Shown here: in pieces, positions 42,725-53,196 of the stretch | How the letters are laid out: each line of letters opens with the position of its first letter | Position numbering within the stretch: position 1 is the first letter of the stretch | Source: Alphaproteobacteria bacterium | GTDB taxonomy: Bacteria; Pseudomonadota; Alphaproteobacteria; JAUHZY01 | Reading direction: 5' to 3' | Assembly (NCBI GenBank): GCA_030425825.1 | Contig: JAUHZY010000002.1 | Span: 34,377 to 98,376, forward strand | Length of the DNA: 64,000 nucleotides | The notes under the pieces: model-generated | Databases searched by the model: none | Told to the model about the DNA's origin: nothing | What the model saw: the letters and a program-made list of their open reading frames with translations, nothing else | Made by a program: the position numbers and the translations under genes

Positions 42725-43999
42725 ATGGTTGGTGGTATTCAACTTTCAACATTGTTAAGAAATAGTATTTTGAGTCGTGCGCAGGTTCAAGAGCAACTTT
42801 CTATTGTTGACCAACGCCTTCAAACAGGTGAAAAAGTAAATGACTTATTTGATAACCCTGCCGTTTTCTTTAAAGCGCAGTCTTTGTCAAAAGACGCAGC
42901 TGTTATGCTTCAGCGCAAAACAGAAATAGATCAAGGAATTAGCGCGCTAAAGGTGACAACAGATTCTATTGGACGCATTGAAGAAATGGTTGAAGGTATC
43001 AAGGGCCTTGCAGAGGAGGCAAAAAACCTGCCTGTTGATCAACGAGGTCATTTACAAAAACAAGCTGTCGCATTGGCGCAAGAGATTGATAAATATGCCG
43101 TTGATGCGAGCTATAATGGTGTGAACTTGCTCACAGGGGATGGTCGCCTATATGGTCCAGAACTTGTCTCAAATGGCAGCTTTGAAGATGGCGTGAATGG
43201 TTGGAGTGGTGGTGGAACACCTTCTGCGGCAATTATTGATGGATTGACCGCGGCAAATGTTGTTGATGCCGATGCGAGTAATAGAGACGGCATATTGCAG
43301 GCGGTTAACTTGACGTCAGGGAGTAATTATCTTATTTCGGGGCTTGCACAAAAATCAGATGTGAATCCAGCTGCAGGAACCCTTGACTTGGGAATATATT
43401 TTGGGTTGGGATTTAATACAACACCTAATCAAGAGGTTACTTTGTCTAATTATAATAACTGGGAAGAGTATGAGTTTGAATTCACGGCAGGGGGACAAAA
43501 TTCATTTTTCCAAATGTTCCCAACACGTTACAATAACCCACATACAGGAGAAGCATATTTTACACAAACCTCTGTGCGTGAGGTTGAATCTGATCCAACA
43601 TTTGAAGATACATTGACGATAAATTATTCAGACAGTGAAACGCGTACAATCAGCAGTGTTGATTTAAGAGCGCGCGCCTTGGGTATTTATAATGGTGAAA
43701 TTAATTTTTCTTCACAAGCTAATCTAGAAGCAACAATAGCACGTGTTGAAACAGCACTTGATACGATTGATGCAACAATGGATAATTTTTCAATAGAGTT
43801 TTCAGTCTTTCAACAAAGATTACAAATGACAGAGGTGCTTATTAATACAGCGCAAGAAGCAGAAAACAAGTTGATTGCTGCTGATATAACAGAAGAAGCA
43901 GCAAACAAACTTGCCCTGGAAACAAGAGATCAGTTGGTCATGGAGACACTGTCACTTGCAGCAAGTGCTCAGCGCAGCATAGTGTCATTGTTGGGCTAG
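42725..43999 (+). CDS. Flagellin with inserted carbohydrate-binding-module-like domain
   Basis: Flagellin N-terminus (RLQTGEKVN..FDNP..FF.A; DASYNGVNLL) and C-terminus (ADITEEAAN.LAL.TR.QL...LSLA...Q.SIVSLL); insert at residues ~144-287 runs ELVSNGSFE..W...SVREV. Confidence 0.85.
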   Translation: MVGGIQLSTLLRNSILSRAQVQEQLSIVDQRLQTGEKVNDLFDNPAVFFKAQSLSKDAAVMLQRKTEIDQGISALKVTTDSIGRIEEMVEGIKGLAEEAKNLPVDQRGHLQKQAVALAQEIDKYAVDASYNGVNLLTGDGRLYGPELVSNGSFEDGVNGWSGGGTPSAAIIDGLTAANVVDADASNRDGILQAVNLTSGSNYLISGLAQKSDVNPAAGTLDLGIYFGLGFNTTPNQEVTLSNYNNWEEYEFEFTAGGQNSFFQMFPTRYNNPHTGEAYFTQTSVREVESDPTFEDTLTINYSDSETRTISSVDLRARALGIYNGEINFSSQANLEATIARVETALDTIDATMDNFSIEFSVFQQRLQMTEVLINTAQEAENKLIAADITEEAANKLALETRDQLVMETLSLAASAQRSIVSLLG

Positions 44000-44085
44000 G
44001 TGATAAGTTGTGTCATTGGATATAAGGTTGAAGAGCACTTCATTATGTGCTCATACAATCATCTGTCATTATTGGGAGGCAAAGT

Positions 44086-44532
44086 ATGTTGGATATATAT
44101 GTTGATGGCGATGCTTGCCCAGTAAAAAAAGAAGTGATACGAGTGGCTGAACGCCATAATCTTACCGCTTATATTGTGAGCAACTCAGGCTTACGCCCTG
44201 TTGCCAGCCCTAATATTCATATGATTTTGGTAGATGCTGGGGCAGATGTGGCGGATGACTGGATAGCAGAGCGTGTTGGTGAAGGAGATATTGCTGTGAC
44301 AGCAGACATCTTATTGGCGGCGCGATGCTTGAAGAGCAAAGCGTCTGTGATGAGTCCGACCGGTAAGCCATTTACGGATGATAATATTGGCAATGCAGTA
44401 GCCGGACGAACGCTGAGTGCGCATTTGCGTGAGCTGGGTGGGGCGTCTTATAACCCCGCATTCAGCAAGCAAGATCGCTCACGTTTTCTAGAAGCGCTGG
44501 AAAACACCATACAAGCGATTAAACGTGGTTAG
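44086..44532 (+). CDS. YaiI/YqxD (UPF0178) family protein
   Basis: IYVDGDACPVK, DVADDWI, VTADILLA, F...DRSRF; ATG 44086 after GGGAGG. Confidence 0.9.
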   Translation: MLDIYVDGDACPVKKEVIRVAERHNLTAYIVSNSGLRPVASPNIHMILVDAGADVADDWIAERVGEGDIAVTADILLAARCLKSKASVMSPTGKPFTDDNIGNAVAGRTLSAHLRELGGASYNPAFSKQDRSRFLEALENTIQAIKRG

Positions 44533-44641
44533 CGCATTCATGATAAGCAGCGCTCTATCATAATTCGCATATATATTTTGATGGGAAAATACCTGCTGGC
44601 TATTTTGGAAGAGATAAGCCCACCTAAATCATTGATTTAAA

Positions 44642-44717
44642 TGGTGCCCCCTACGGGGTTCGAACCCGTGTTTCCGCCGTGAAAGGGCGGCGTCCTAGGC
44701 CACTAGACGAAGGGGAC
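44642..44717 (-). tRNA. tRNA-Glu (anticodon TTC)
   Basis: Minus strand GTCCCCTTCGTCTAGTGGCCTAGGACGCCGCCCTTTCACGGCGGAAACACGGGTTCGAACCCCGTAGGGGGCACCA: 76 nt, CCGCC/GGCGG anticodon stem, GTTCGAA T-loop, encoded CCA. Confidence 0.97.
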
Positions 44718-44734
44718 GTGAAAAAGGAAGGCGA

Positions 44735-44763
44735 AATATACCGCCTTGTTTTGAAAAAGGCAA
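44735..44763 (-). promoter_or_regulatory. sigma70-type promoter of tRNA-Glu
   Basis: Minus strand TTGCCT-N17-TATATT just upstream of the tRNA. Confidence 0.55.
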
Positions 44764-44780
44764 GTAATTTTATCACTTTT

Positions 44781-46556
44781 TTATAAGACTTTTATACCAT
44801 CTTCAATTTGAAACTGTGGCGTGATATATCCTTGCCAACGGTTTAGGCGAAGCTTTCCGACAAGATCTATTTTTGAAGACTTATTAGCTTTCAAAATAGC
44901 TTGTCCTAAAGCTGTGTCTGCCATGCGAAATCCAATGGCGTTTAGGGTGCGTTCACCACCATTCGTAAGTTTGGCTGATACGTGATCTGTGCCAACAATG
45001 CGAGAAAAGCTAACTCTTACCCCTCGAATCAAAAAGCGAGGTTCTGCGTTACCCATACCAAAAGGGGCCAATTGCTCAAGCGTTTCACAAAAAGGCCGCG
45101 TAGCTGTACTTGTATTGATAACCCCATCAATATAAACACGCTCAACAAGCTGATCTTCGTGTATTTCGCCATGGAATCTTTCATTCAAAAAGGCTTCCAA
45201 ACCATCTACTTTTTCAGGTTCTATGGTCAGGCCTGCTGCCATATCATGCCCACCACCATTGACAAGCAATCCAGCCTGTTTAGCAGCAATAATAGCATTC
45301 CCAAAAGAAAAGCCTTTGATAGAGCGTGCCGATCCTTTGCCATAACCATCAAAAAAGCTGATGACACAAGTGGGGCGATGATATTTTTCTGTTAAACGAC
45401 TTGCAACGATGCCAATAACACCAGGGTGCCAATCTTTTGATGCGACAATAATAACACCATCAGTTGCTTTTTTTGCAGCCATTTCCAAAGCCTCTTCCAA
45501 GATCTTGGCTTCAATTTCACGGCGTTCATGGTTCAGGCGGTCTAGCTCAACAGAGATCATGTTTGCTTTTTCAGGGGCAGTTGTCGTCAGCAAGTTCTTC
45601 CCCATATCTGCTTTGCCAATGCGTCCTCCTGCATTAATGCGAGGTCCTAAAATAAAACCAAGATGATAAGCTGTTGGTGCTTCATCAACACCACCAATGT
45701 CGGCAAGTGTTTTCATTCCCAGATTTTGACGTTTTGCCATGACTTTTAGACCTTGCGTTACAAAAGCACGATTCAAGCCTTCAAGCTGTACAACGTCACA
45801 CACAGTTCCCAGAGCCACAAGATCAAGGAGAGAAAGAAGATCAGGTTCAGGCCTTTCTTTATAATGGCCTTGATCACGTAAGCAGCGATTAATTGCAACG
45901 GCTAACAAAAAGCAAACGCCAACAGCAGCAAGATTTTTACATGTTGTTTCACCTTGGTCAAAACGATTTGGGTTAACAACAGCAAAGGCTATGGGTAGGG
46001 CAGACTCCGATATATGATGGTCGATAACAATGACTTCGATGTTGTTTTCTGCAGCTTTTTCCAGCACGTCGAATGATGTTGTGCCACAATCAAGGGTCAG
46101 GATCGTTTCTGCGCCTTGGTCTTTGAGTTTTTGAAGAGCAATAATGTTAGGACCATAACCTTCTTTCATGCGGTCAGGAATATAATCAACAATCTTGCCG
46201 CCAGCAGATTCTATGAAAAGGTGTAGCAGTGAAACTGAGGTTGCGCCATCAACATCATAATCACCAAAAAGGCCGATTGTTTTGCCACTTATGATCAAAG
46301 ATGAAATTCTTTCAGCCGCTTTGTCCATATCCTTGAGGTGAGAAGGATCGGGTAAGAAGTGACGAATGCTTGGGTCTAGGAAATGTGGCGCTTGTTCAAG
46401 AGAAATATTACGGCAGCTTAGCAGGCGTCCAATAACCTCTGGTAGTTGAAGGCGTTGTGAAAGCATTGTGGCTTCACGTTCATCATGTGGCTTGAAAAGC
46501 CATTTTTTACCAAGAAGAGAAGAGGGGAAATCTTGTTGTGGCTCGGCAAGCGTCAT
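44781..46556 (-). CDS. recJ: Single-stranded-DNA exonuclease RecJ
   Basis: GDYDVDG, DCG, IDHH, ALGTVCDVV, PRINAGGR, GGHDMAAG; probable start 46556 (GAGGGA RBS). Confidence 0.97.
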   Translation of the reverse strand: MTLAEPQQDFPSSLLGKKWLFKPHDEREATMLSQRLQLPEVIGRLLSCRNISLEQAPHFLDPSIRHFLPDPSHLKDMDKAAERISSLIISGKTIGLFGDYDVDGATSVSLLHLFIESAGGKIVDYIPDRMKEGYGPNIIALQKLKDQGAETILTLDCGTTSFDVLEKAAENNIEVIVIDHHISESALPIAFAVVNPNRFDQGETTCKNLAAVGVCFLLAVAINRCLRDQGHYKERPEPDLLSLLDLVALGTVCDVVQLEGLNRAFVTQGLKVMAKRQNLGMKTLADIGGVDEAPTAYHLGFILGPRINAGGRIGKADMGKNLLTTTAPEKANMISVELDRLNHERREIEAKILEEALEMAAKKATDGVIIVASKDWHPGVIGIVASRLTEKYHRPTCVISFFDGYGKGSARSIKGFSFGNAIIAAKQAGLLVNGGGHDMAAGLTIEPEKVDGLEAFLNERFHGEIHEDQLVERVYIDGVINTSTATRPFCETLEQLAPFGMGNAEPRFLIRGVRVSFSRIVGTDHVSAKLTNGGERTLNAIGFRMADTALGQAILKANKSSKIDLVGKLRLNRWQGYITPQFQIEDGIKVL

Positions 46557-46572
46557 TCCCTCAGTCCTTTCT

Positions 46573-48495
46573 TTAGGCACCTTGCGGTGTCATGCCACCA
46601 AAGCTTCCTTTTTTACCAAAAGAAGGAACAGAACCTCTGGGTTTTTCATCAACAGTGTCTTCGTCTGTTTCTTCTGTCTCTTCAGTGCGTTTAATTTTTT
46701 TACCCTTAACGATCATGTCAATATCTTCGCCTGTTAGTGTTTCAAATTCCAACATAGCTTCGGCAATACTTTCTAACTTCTTCTTATGCTTCTTAATAAG
46801 TTTCTCTGCATATTCATATGTTTCATCAACAATACGACGTACTTCGGCATCAATTTTTTTTGATGTTTCTTCAGAAACACTTTGTTGCTCGGTTACCGAG
46901 CGGCCTAGAAACACTTCGCGTTCTGGTACAGAGTAAGATAAAAAGCCAAGCTCATCACTCATGCCCCATTCCATCACCATACGGCGTGCCATATTGGTTG
47001 CCATTTTAATGTCTGAGGACGCACCTGTTGTAACAGCATCCTTGCCAAAGAATATTTCTTCTGCAATTCGACCGCCGCTGGCAACAGCCAAGTCAGCAAA
47101 TAGTTTTTCACGAGAAACCGAAATGCGGTCGTTTTCAGGAAGGCGCATCACCATCCCCAACGCTTGACCACGTGGGACAATTGTTGCTTTGTGAATAGGA
47201 TCAGAGGCAGGAGTATAATATGCAACAACGGCATGCCCTGCTTCGTGGTATGCTGTTAGCTTTTTCTCTTCATCAGACATAACCATTGATCGACGTTCGC
47301 GACCCATCATGACTTTGTCTTTGGCATGTTCTAATTCCTCTAAGCCAACAAACTTTTTGCCTTCACGTGCGGCAAGAAGCGCAGCTTCATTCACAAGGTT
47401 TGCAAGGTCTGCGCCTGAAAATCCAGGTGTTCCCTGTGCAATAACACGTGGTTTGAGATTTTTGCCTGTTTTAACTTTTTTCAGGTGCACTTTAAGAATT
47501 TGTTCACGGCCTTTAATGTCAGGGTTTGATACATAAACTTGACGATCAAAACGACCAGGACGCAAGAGGGCTGGATCAAGAACATCTGGGCGGTTGGTTG
47601 CTGCAATAATAATGACGCTTTCATTTGCTTCAAAACCATCCATTTCAACAAGAAGTTGATTCAACGTTTGCTCGCGTTCGTCGTTACCACCACCAAGGCC
47701 AGCGCCACGATGACGTCCAACAGCATCAATTTCATCGATGAAAATCAAGCAAGGTGCACTTTTCTTGCCTTGTTCAAACATTGATCGGACGCGGCTTGCA
47801 CCAACACCCACAAACATTTCAACAAAATCAGAGCCTGAAATTGTAAAGAATGGCACGTCTGCCTCACCTGCAATGGCACGTGCAAGCAGTGTTTTTCCCG
47901 TTCCAGGAGGACCAACAAGCAAGACACCTCTGGGTATTTTCCCACCCAGCTTCTGGAATTTGTTTGGGTCTTTGAGGTATTCAACAATTTCAACAACTTC
48001 TTCCTTGGCTTCTTCAACGCCAGCAACGTCTTTAAAAGTCACTTTTTTGTTTTTTTCCATCAAGCGGGCTTTTGATTTTCCAAATCCCATTGCTTTACCA
48101 CCACCGCCGCCCATTTGACGCATGAAGAAAATCCACACACCAATAAAAAGAAGCATTGGAATCCAAGAGAGAAAAACACCTAAAAATCCACCGCTGCTGT
48201 CTTCAGGAGGAGTGGCGCTGATGCGAACGTTCTTTGAAATCAGACGGTCAATAAGTTTAGGGTCGTTTGGTGCAAAGCTTTGGTAAATAGATCCATCTTT
48301 TTGGTATCCTTGGATAACATTGCCACGAATCAAAGCATCTTTAATGTTGCCTGCTTCTACCTCTTCTAGGAAGTCAGAAAAAACAAGGGTCGTTATGTTG
48401 CCAGGCTGTTGGGATGTTTGGACCATGCTGTAAAGCGATATTAGCAGGACGCCAATGACAATCCATAAAATAAAATTCTTCCCGAGATGATTCAT
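46573..48495 (-). CDS. ftsH: ATP-dependent zinc metalloprotease FtsH
   Basis: Two TM segments, [27 protein letters not shown]. Confidence 0.99.
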   Translation of the reverse strand: MNHLGKNFILWIVIGVLLISLYSMVQTSQQPGNITTLVFSDFLEEVEAGNIKDALIRGNVIQGYQKDGSIYQSFAPNDPKLIDRLISKNVRISATPPEDSSGGFLGVFLSWIPMLLFIGVWIFFMRQMGGGGGKAMGFGKSKARLMEKNKKVTFKDVAGVEEAKEEVVEIVEYLKDPNKFQKLGGKIPRGVLLVGPPGTGKTLLARAIAGEADVPFFTISGSDFVEMFVGVGASRVRSMFEQGKKSAPCLIFIDEIDAVGRHRGAGLGGGNDEREQTLNQLLVEMDGFEANESVIIIAATNRPDVLDPALLRPGRFDRQVYVSNPDIKGREQILKVHLKKVKTGKNLKPRVIAQGTPGFSGADLANLVNEAALLAAREGKKFVGLEELEHAKDKVMMGRERRSMVMSDEEKKLTAYHEAGHAVVAYYTPASDPIHKATIVPRGQALGMVMRLPENDRISVSREKLFADLAVASGGRIAEEIFFGKDAVTTGASSDIKMATNMARRMVMEWGMSDELGFLSYSVPEREVFLGRSVTEQQSVSEETSKKIDAEVRRIVDETYEYAEKLIKKHKKKLESIAEAMLEFETLTGEDIDMIVKGKKIKRTEETEETDEDTVDEKPRGSVPSFGKKGSFGGMTPQGA

Positions 48496-48554
48496 TTTGT
48501 ATCCTTCAAAAAACTGTGTTTTACATATATAGGGACTTTCTTACGTCCTCGCAA

Positions 48555-49532
48555 TTATTTTTCAGGAGAAAAAGCCAACATATTATCTTGAATGTTGATG
48601 ATGCAGTCGTGCAGCGTTTTCCCCTGTGTGTTTCCTTCTTTAAAATGTATAAAGAGAGATTCTAAGCTATTCAGTCTTGGGCCATAGTTTTTTTGACTTA
48701 TTTGCATTAATGCTTTTGTAAGAATGCGGTATGTGACTTCTTCTGGCAGTTCATATAATTCTTTCAGAGGAATCTTTATTTGATGTTGGCTTTCTTGTGC
48801 AAGCTTGTGCCACGCCTGATTGACATAATATTCAATCGCTTCTTTTGAGCGTGTTAAGTTTTTCATTGCCAGTAAAACCCGATCTTGTGGCAATTCTTCC
48901 GAATGGGTTGCAAGCAGTTGGCGCATTTTGATGCGTAGAAAATCTTCATTTTGGTTTGAAGGATCTTCAATCCACTCTTGTTGCATTTCTTGTAATGTTG
49001 CAATGATTTGATTTTTATATGTTTTCAAAAAAGGCCTTAGAAGACTGACACCTTCTCTTTTTTCAGAAGGTTTTATGCCGCTTAAACCGTAAAGTCCGCT
49101 GCCACGCTGTAGTCGGATAAAGAAGTTTTCGGCTTGGTCATCTGCGTGGTGAGCTAGAAACAACTGTGAAATATTGTTTTCTTTGCACCATTTTGTCATT
49201 AATGCATATCGTGCACGCCTCGCTTGATCTTGAATGTTGGATGTTATTTCGCCATGAGACCATGTGAGTATTTCATGATGTATTCCTCTTTTTCCAAGCC
49301 ATATTTTGACGCGCTGACCTTCTTTTTTTGATCCTGCTCTCAGGGTATGATCAACAGTTAGGGCAGATAGTTTTTTATTCTGCGCCAGGCACCATTCATG
49401 GAGTAGGAGTGTGAGGCACATGCTGTCCGCACCACCAGAGACAGCGACAGCAATGTGGTCACTGATATCAAGGGGGAGCTCTTGAATCATTTGTGTGATA
49501 TTGTGAAGAGAGATCGTATTCGTTTTATTCAC
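48555..49532 (-). CDS. tilS: tRNA(Ile)-lysidine synthetase (short form)
   Basis: AVSGGADS PP-loop, VDH.LR, AR.ARY, AHHADDQAE, EDPSN. Confidence 0.95.
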   Translation of the reverse strand: MNKTNTISLHNITQMIQELPLDISDHIAVAVSGGADSMCLTLLLHEWCLAQNKKLSALTVDHTLRAGSKKEGQRVKIWLGKRGIHHEILTWSHGEITSNIQDQARRARYALMTKWCKENNISQLFLAHHADDQAENFFIRLQRGSGLYGLSGIKPSEKREGVSLLRPFLKTYKNQIIATLQEMQQEWIEDPSNQNEDFLRIKMRQLLATHSEELPQDRVLLAMKNLTRSKEAIEYYVNQAWHKLAQESQHQIKIPLKELYELPEEVTYRILTKALMQISQKNYGPRLNSLESLFIHFKEGNTQGKTLHDCIINIQDNMLAFSPEK

Positions 49533-50448
49533 AGCTCAACAAACTTTTAAATTCACGCGCTTTTGCATTTACTTGCGCTGCTGTGCTTGTCTTGTACTGA
49601 CTTTCAATAACGCCTAAAGCTTCACATGCTTCATCTCGCTGACCAATCTTATTCAGAGATTTTGCAAGCTTCAAAAGAGCTTCTGGCGCTTCTGCTGAGG
49701 TTGGATAGTTTTCGTATACTTTCACATATTCAATCGCGGCATTTGTAAAGTCATCATTTAAAAAGTAACTTTCTGCTGACAAAAATTGAGCATTGCCTGC
49801 AAGTGGAGATTTTGGTTTTTCGCTGACAAACTTTTTAAAGACATGCGCAGATTGCTTGTATTTTTTCTGCCCTAAAAAGTAGCGTCCTTTTTCAAAGAGT
49901 TGATCTACAGGAATCTTTTCAGCCTCTTTCTCTTCTTTCTCTTGTATGGATGTGTTCGCAGCATCTTTTTTATTAACCAGCTTCAGAATCTTTTTAGGTT
50001 CAGTTGTTTGAACTAAATTTGGGATTACTTTGATCTCTTTGTGAATTGCTGGGGTGGAGGTTTCGACAGAAGGTAAAACCGTACCTGTTTTTTGTTCTAG
50101 CACAGCGAGCCTGCGATCATAGTCACGATTCATGCGGCTAAGATAAGATTCAAGACGTGCAAACTGGTAAGAAAGTTCTTCCAGCTTATTTGCAATCTTG
50201 CGCACTTCACGGTCCACTTGTGCAAATCTTAATTCCATATGTGCAGCAAGGTTTGAGGAAGACGCTTCTGCTGAAAGAGGTGTATTTCGGGATTCTTTTT
50301 TTAATTTTAAGAGGTTTTTTTCCAAGATTTGTAACTTGTCCTGGAGCTCTTCCGTTTTGCCGGCACCTGCTTGGATTGCATTTATTTGTGCAAAAGAGGT
50401 TGAAGAGACGCTGAACAATAAAAGAAAAATTAAAAGTCTTACTGACAT
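49525..50448 (-). CDS. cpoB: Tol-Pal-associated TPR protein CpoB/YbgF
   Basis: Signal peptide, N-terminal coiled coil, C-terminal TPRs (P.S.LAGNAQF...ESYF, APEALLKLA); between pal and tilS. Confidence 0.85.
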   Translation of the reverse strand: MSVRLLIFLLLFSVSSTSFAQINAIQAGAGKTEELQDKLQILEKNLLKLKKESRNTPLSAEASSSNLAAHMELRFAQVDREVRKIANKLEELSYQFARLESYLSRMNRDYDRRLAVLEQKTGTVLPSVETSTPAIHKEIKVIPNLVQTTEPKKILKLVNKKDAANTSIQEKEEKEAEKIPVDQLFEKGRYFLGQKKYKQSAHVFKKFVSEKPKSPLAGNAQFLSAESYFLNDDFTNAAIEYVKVYENYPTSAEAPEALLKLAKSLNKIGQRDEACEALGVIESQYKTSTAAQVNAKAREFKSLLSCE

Positions 50449-50465
50449 ATCATAACCTTGTAATC

Positions 50466-50506
50466 AAAAAAAGGGCTGTTACAAGTCTAGATGTAACAGC
50501 CCTTTT
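50466..50506 (-). terminator. Rho-independent terminator downstream of pal
   Basis: AAAAGGGCTGTTACA-loop-TGTAACAGCCCTTTT perfect stem followed by a T run on the minus strand. Confidence 0.85.
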
Positions 50507-50524
50507 ATAGAAGAAAAATATTAT

Positions 50525-50998
50525 TTATTTTGCAATTGTCACAGAGCGACGATTACGTGCATGGTCATCTTCGCTATCACCAAAAGCAACAGGCTTTTCT
50601 TTGCCGTAAGAAACTGTTTTTACGCGTTCAGCTTGTATGCCAAGGCTTGAAAGGTATTTTTTAACAGAATCCGCACGACGCTCACCTAGTGCAAGGTTGT
50701 ATTCACGTGTTCCACGTTTATCAGCGTGCCCCTCAATCAAAACAGAAATGTCAGGGTTTTGTTTCATCCACTCCGCTTGTGCGTTGAGAATTTCACGCGC
50801 CTCTTCTTTAAGTTCATATTTGTCAAAATCAAAGAAAACACGATCGCCAACATTTACGATAAGGTCTCTTTGTACTTCTGATGTTTTGCTTGCATCAATG
50901 CCTGCGCCAGAGTCTTCACGTGCGCTTGTGTAAACGCCATCAGTTGCTGAACAAGCTGCAAGAACAGCAATAAATAGAAAGGAAATTATTTTTTTCAT
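50525..50998 (-). CDS. pal: Peptidoglycan-associated lipoprotein
   Basis: Lipobox LAAC, VFFDFDK, EGHAD.RGTREYNLALGERRA, SYGKEKP, NRR. Confidence 0.98.
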   Translation of the reverse strand: MKKIISFLFIAVLAACSATDGVYTSAREDSGAGIDASKTSEVQRDLIVNVGDRVFFDFDKYELKEEAREILNAQAEWMKQNPDISVLIEGHADKRGTREYNLALGERRADSVKKYLSSLGIQAERVKTVSYGKEKPVAFGDSEDDHARNRRSVTIAK

Positions 50999-51051
50999 GT
51001 CACACCCTCTTATGGTTTAGTATTCTACATTCGAAATGTACCCCAAAAACT

Positions 51052-52368
51052 TTATGGAATCAAGGGGGACCAAGCAGGATCTGATGCATCTGTGGGGGTT
51101 ATTATTTCTCTTAGATTATCTCCTGTCAAATCAATGGAAAAAATCGCAGATTGTTTTCCATTAACGGATTCCCCAGGAGGATACTCTCTAAAAAATAGAA
51201 GAACACGACCGTTCGGCGACCATGTTGGGCCTTCATCCAAATAACTCTCCGAAAGAAGCCTTTCGCCGCTGCCATCGGGCCTCATGACGCCAATATAGAA
51301 TGTACCAGAAAGCATTTTTGTGAATGCAATCCAGTCACCACGTGGTGACCAAACAGGCGTTGCGTATCTGCCACGTTCACCAAAGCTGATCCGCTTCACG
51401 TTTTTACCATCGTTATCCATCACGTAAAGCTGTTGCGAACCATGTCTGTCAGAGTTAAAGACAACTTTCTTTCCATCTGGTGAGAAGGAGGGTGACGTAT
51501 CAATAGAAGAGTCTTTAGTAAGGCGTTTTATTTTTTTTGTGTCCAGGTTCATAGTGTAGATATCCGAGTTCCCATTTTTGGCCATACTGAAAATAATTGT
51601 ATTGCCAACAGGTGAAAAGCGCGGAGCAAACGTCATACCTTTAAAGTGCCCTAAAAGCTTTTGCTGTCCTGTTTCAAGGTCTAAAATGTAGACGCGTGGT
51701 GTTTCGTTAAAATATGCCATATATGCAATTTTCTGAACTTTTGGAGAAAAGCGTGGCGTCATAACAATATAATCACCACTTGTTAAAAAGCGGTGGTTTG
51801 CACCATCTTGATCCATGATTGCCAAACGTTTTTTGCGTCTATTGGGCGGCCCGGTTTCAGCAACATAAACAATGCGACTATCAAAATAACCTTTTTCACC
51901 TGTCATACGGTTATAGATCACATCGCTGATCATGTGCGCAACACGTCTCTGATTTTCTTTGGGCGTTGTCAGGGCAAGCCCAGCGATTTGTTTTTCTGCC
52001 AGAACATCCCAAAGACGAAATTCAGTTTTTATTTGTTTTTTATCATTTGACTGAATGTTGCCATGAACAAGGGCTTCGGCGTTGATAACGCGCCAGTCTG
52101 CAAACTCAGGCTCCAATTCATCTGTTTGTGTGTCTTGGATAAAGTCTTCATCGTCGATCAGGCTGAAAAGCCCTGTACGAGAAAGGTTCGCACGAATGAT
52201 GTTTGTGATTTCTTGCGCCGCGGCACTCTCTTTGTTTTCTCCACTGTAAAAGTCAGGAAGGGCAATTGGTAAAGAGCGGTAGCTGCCCTGTGTGATATAT
52301 ACTTTCAAGTCAGCCAAGACAGGTGCGGAAAGCAGTACGATAAAAAAGAAGATAAAAAAACGTTTCAT
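51052..52368 (-). CDS. tolB: Tol-Pal beta-propeller protein TolB
   Basis: Signal peptide, TGEKGYFDSRI, repeated P.(F/W)SP.G PD40 motifs. Confidence 0.97.
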   Translation of the reverse strand: MKRFFIFFFIVLLSAPVLADLKVYITQGSYRSLPIALPDFYSGENKESAAAQEITNIIRANLSRTGLFSLIDDEDFIQDTQTDELEPEFADWRVINAEALVHGNIQSNDKKQIKTEFRLWDVLAEKQIAGLALTTPKENQRRVAHMISDVIYNRMTGEKGYFDSRIVYVAETGPPNRRKKRLAIMDQDGANHRFLTSGDYIVMTPRFSPKVQKIAYMAYFNETPRVYILDLETGQQKLLGHFKGMTFAPRFSPVGNTIIFSMAKNGNSDIYTMNLDTKKIKRLTKDSSIDTSPSFSPDGKKVVFNSDRHGSQQLYVMDNDGKNVKRISFGERGRYATPVWSPRGDWIAFTKMLSGTFYIGVMRPDGSGERLLSESYLDEGPTWSPNGRVLLFFREYPPGESVNGKQSAIFSIDLTGDNLREIITPTDASDPAWSPLIP

Positions 52369-53196
52369 TTAAAATCCCAAAATATTTCTTGGATTAAAGA
52401 CAAGAGTCAGAGTTTTCCATTTCTCGTATTTATTTAATGGCAAGTGTAACGGGCTGCAGAGTGGATTGTAAATAGCGCGTAATGCACTTTCCGCAGCTGT
52501 TCTGAAAAAAGAATCATTCGCCATCCGTGCTTGGTCGACAATTTTGACAGATTTTACGGTTGCATCAGGGTTGACCTCTAGCGTCATTTCAACAAGCAAC
52601 TCTTCTGCATTTTTTGCACCAACAGGAATGTTCCAGCATTGTGCCATTTGTGTGCGAAGAGCTGCCATTTCTTGATAGGTGAAAATAGCTTCGCCCAGTT
52701 TTTCTGACCATGATGCCTTTTTTTCTTCTTCTTTTTGTATGGTTTGTTGTTGTTCAAGGTTTTTCACAGACTTTAAAAAAGAAGGCTTTTGGTCTTTTGT
52801 TTTTATGTCTCCTTTTTTTTGACTATCTTCTTGTTTTTGAATCGGCGCCTTTTTTGTTTCTAGTTTTTGGATATGTACCTTTTCTTTTTTCTTTGGCTTT
52901 GTTGGCGCAGGAACGGCCTTTTCTTTTTTTGGCAGGACAACAGCATTCTTATTTATTTCTTTTTTAGGGGCGGGTTTTGCATAAGTTGCTTGTTTGGGTT
53001 TTTTAGATGCTTTTTTTTGTCGCTTTGCAGGTTTGAGGTCTTTTTCACTTACCAAATCAGCGGTAATTGTTTGCTCTAAGTTTATTAATGGTGTGATTTC
53101 TGGAGATATGGTGAGAAAAGCCAGCGCGAAAACACCTAGGTGCAAGAGCGTTGAAAAAAATGCTGCGCGTTTTAAAGGATCAATATTTTTTATCAT
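52369..53196 (-). CDS. tolA: TolA-like cell envelope protein
   Basis: N-terminal TM with S..LH, Lys-rich linker, C-terminal Q...CWN.P.GA...AAESALRA...C.PL..P..KY..WK. Confidence 0.85.
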   Translation of the reverse strand: MIKNIDPLKRAAFFSTLLHLGVFALAFLTISPEITPLINLEQTITADLVSEKDLKPAKRQKKASKKPKQATYAKPAPKKEINKNAVVLPKKEKAVPAPTKPKKKEKVHIQKLETKKAPIQKQEDSQKKGDIKTKDQKPSFLKSVKNLEQQQTIQKEEEKKASWSEKLGEAIFTYQEMAALRTQMAQCWNIPVGAKNAEELLVEMTLEVNPDATVKSVKIVDQARMANDSFFRTAAESALRAIYNPLCSPLHLPLNKYEKWKTLTLVFNPRNILGF

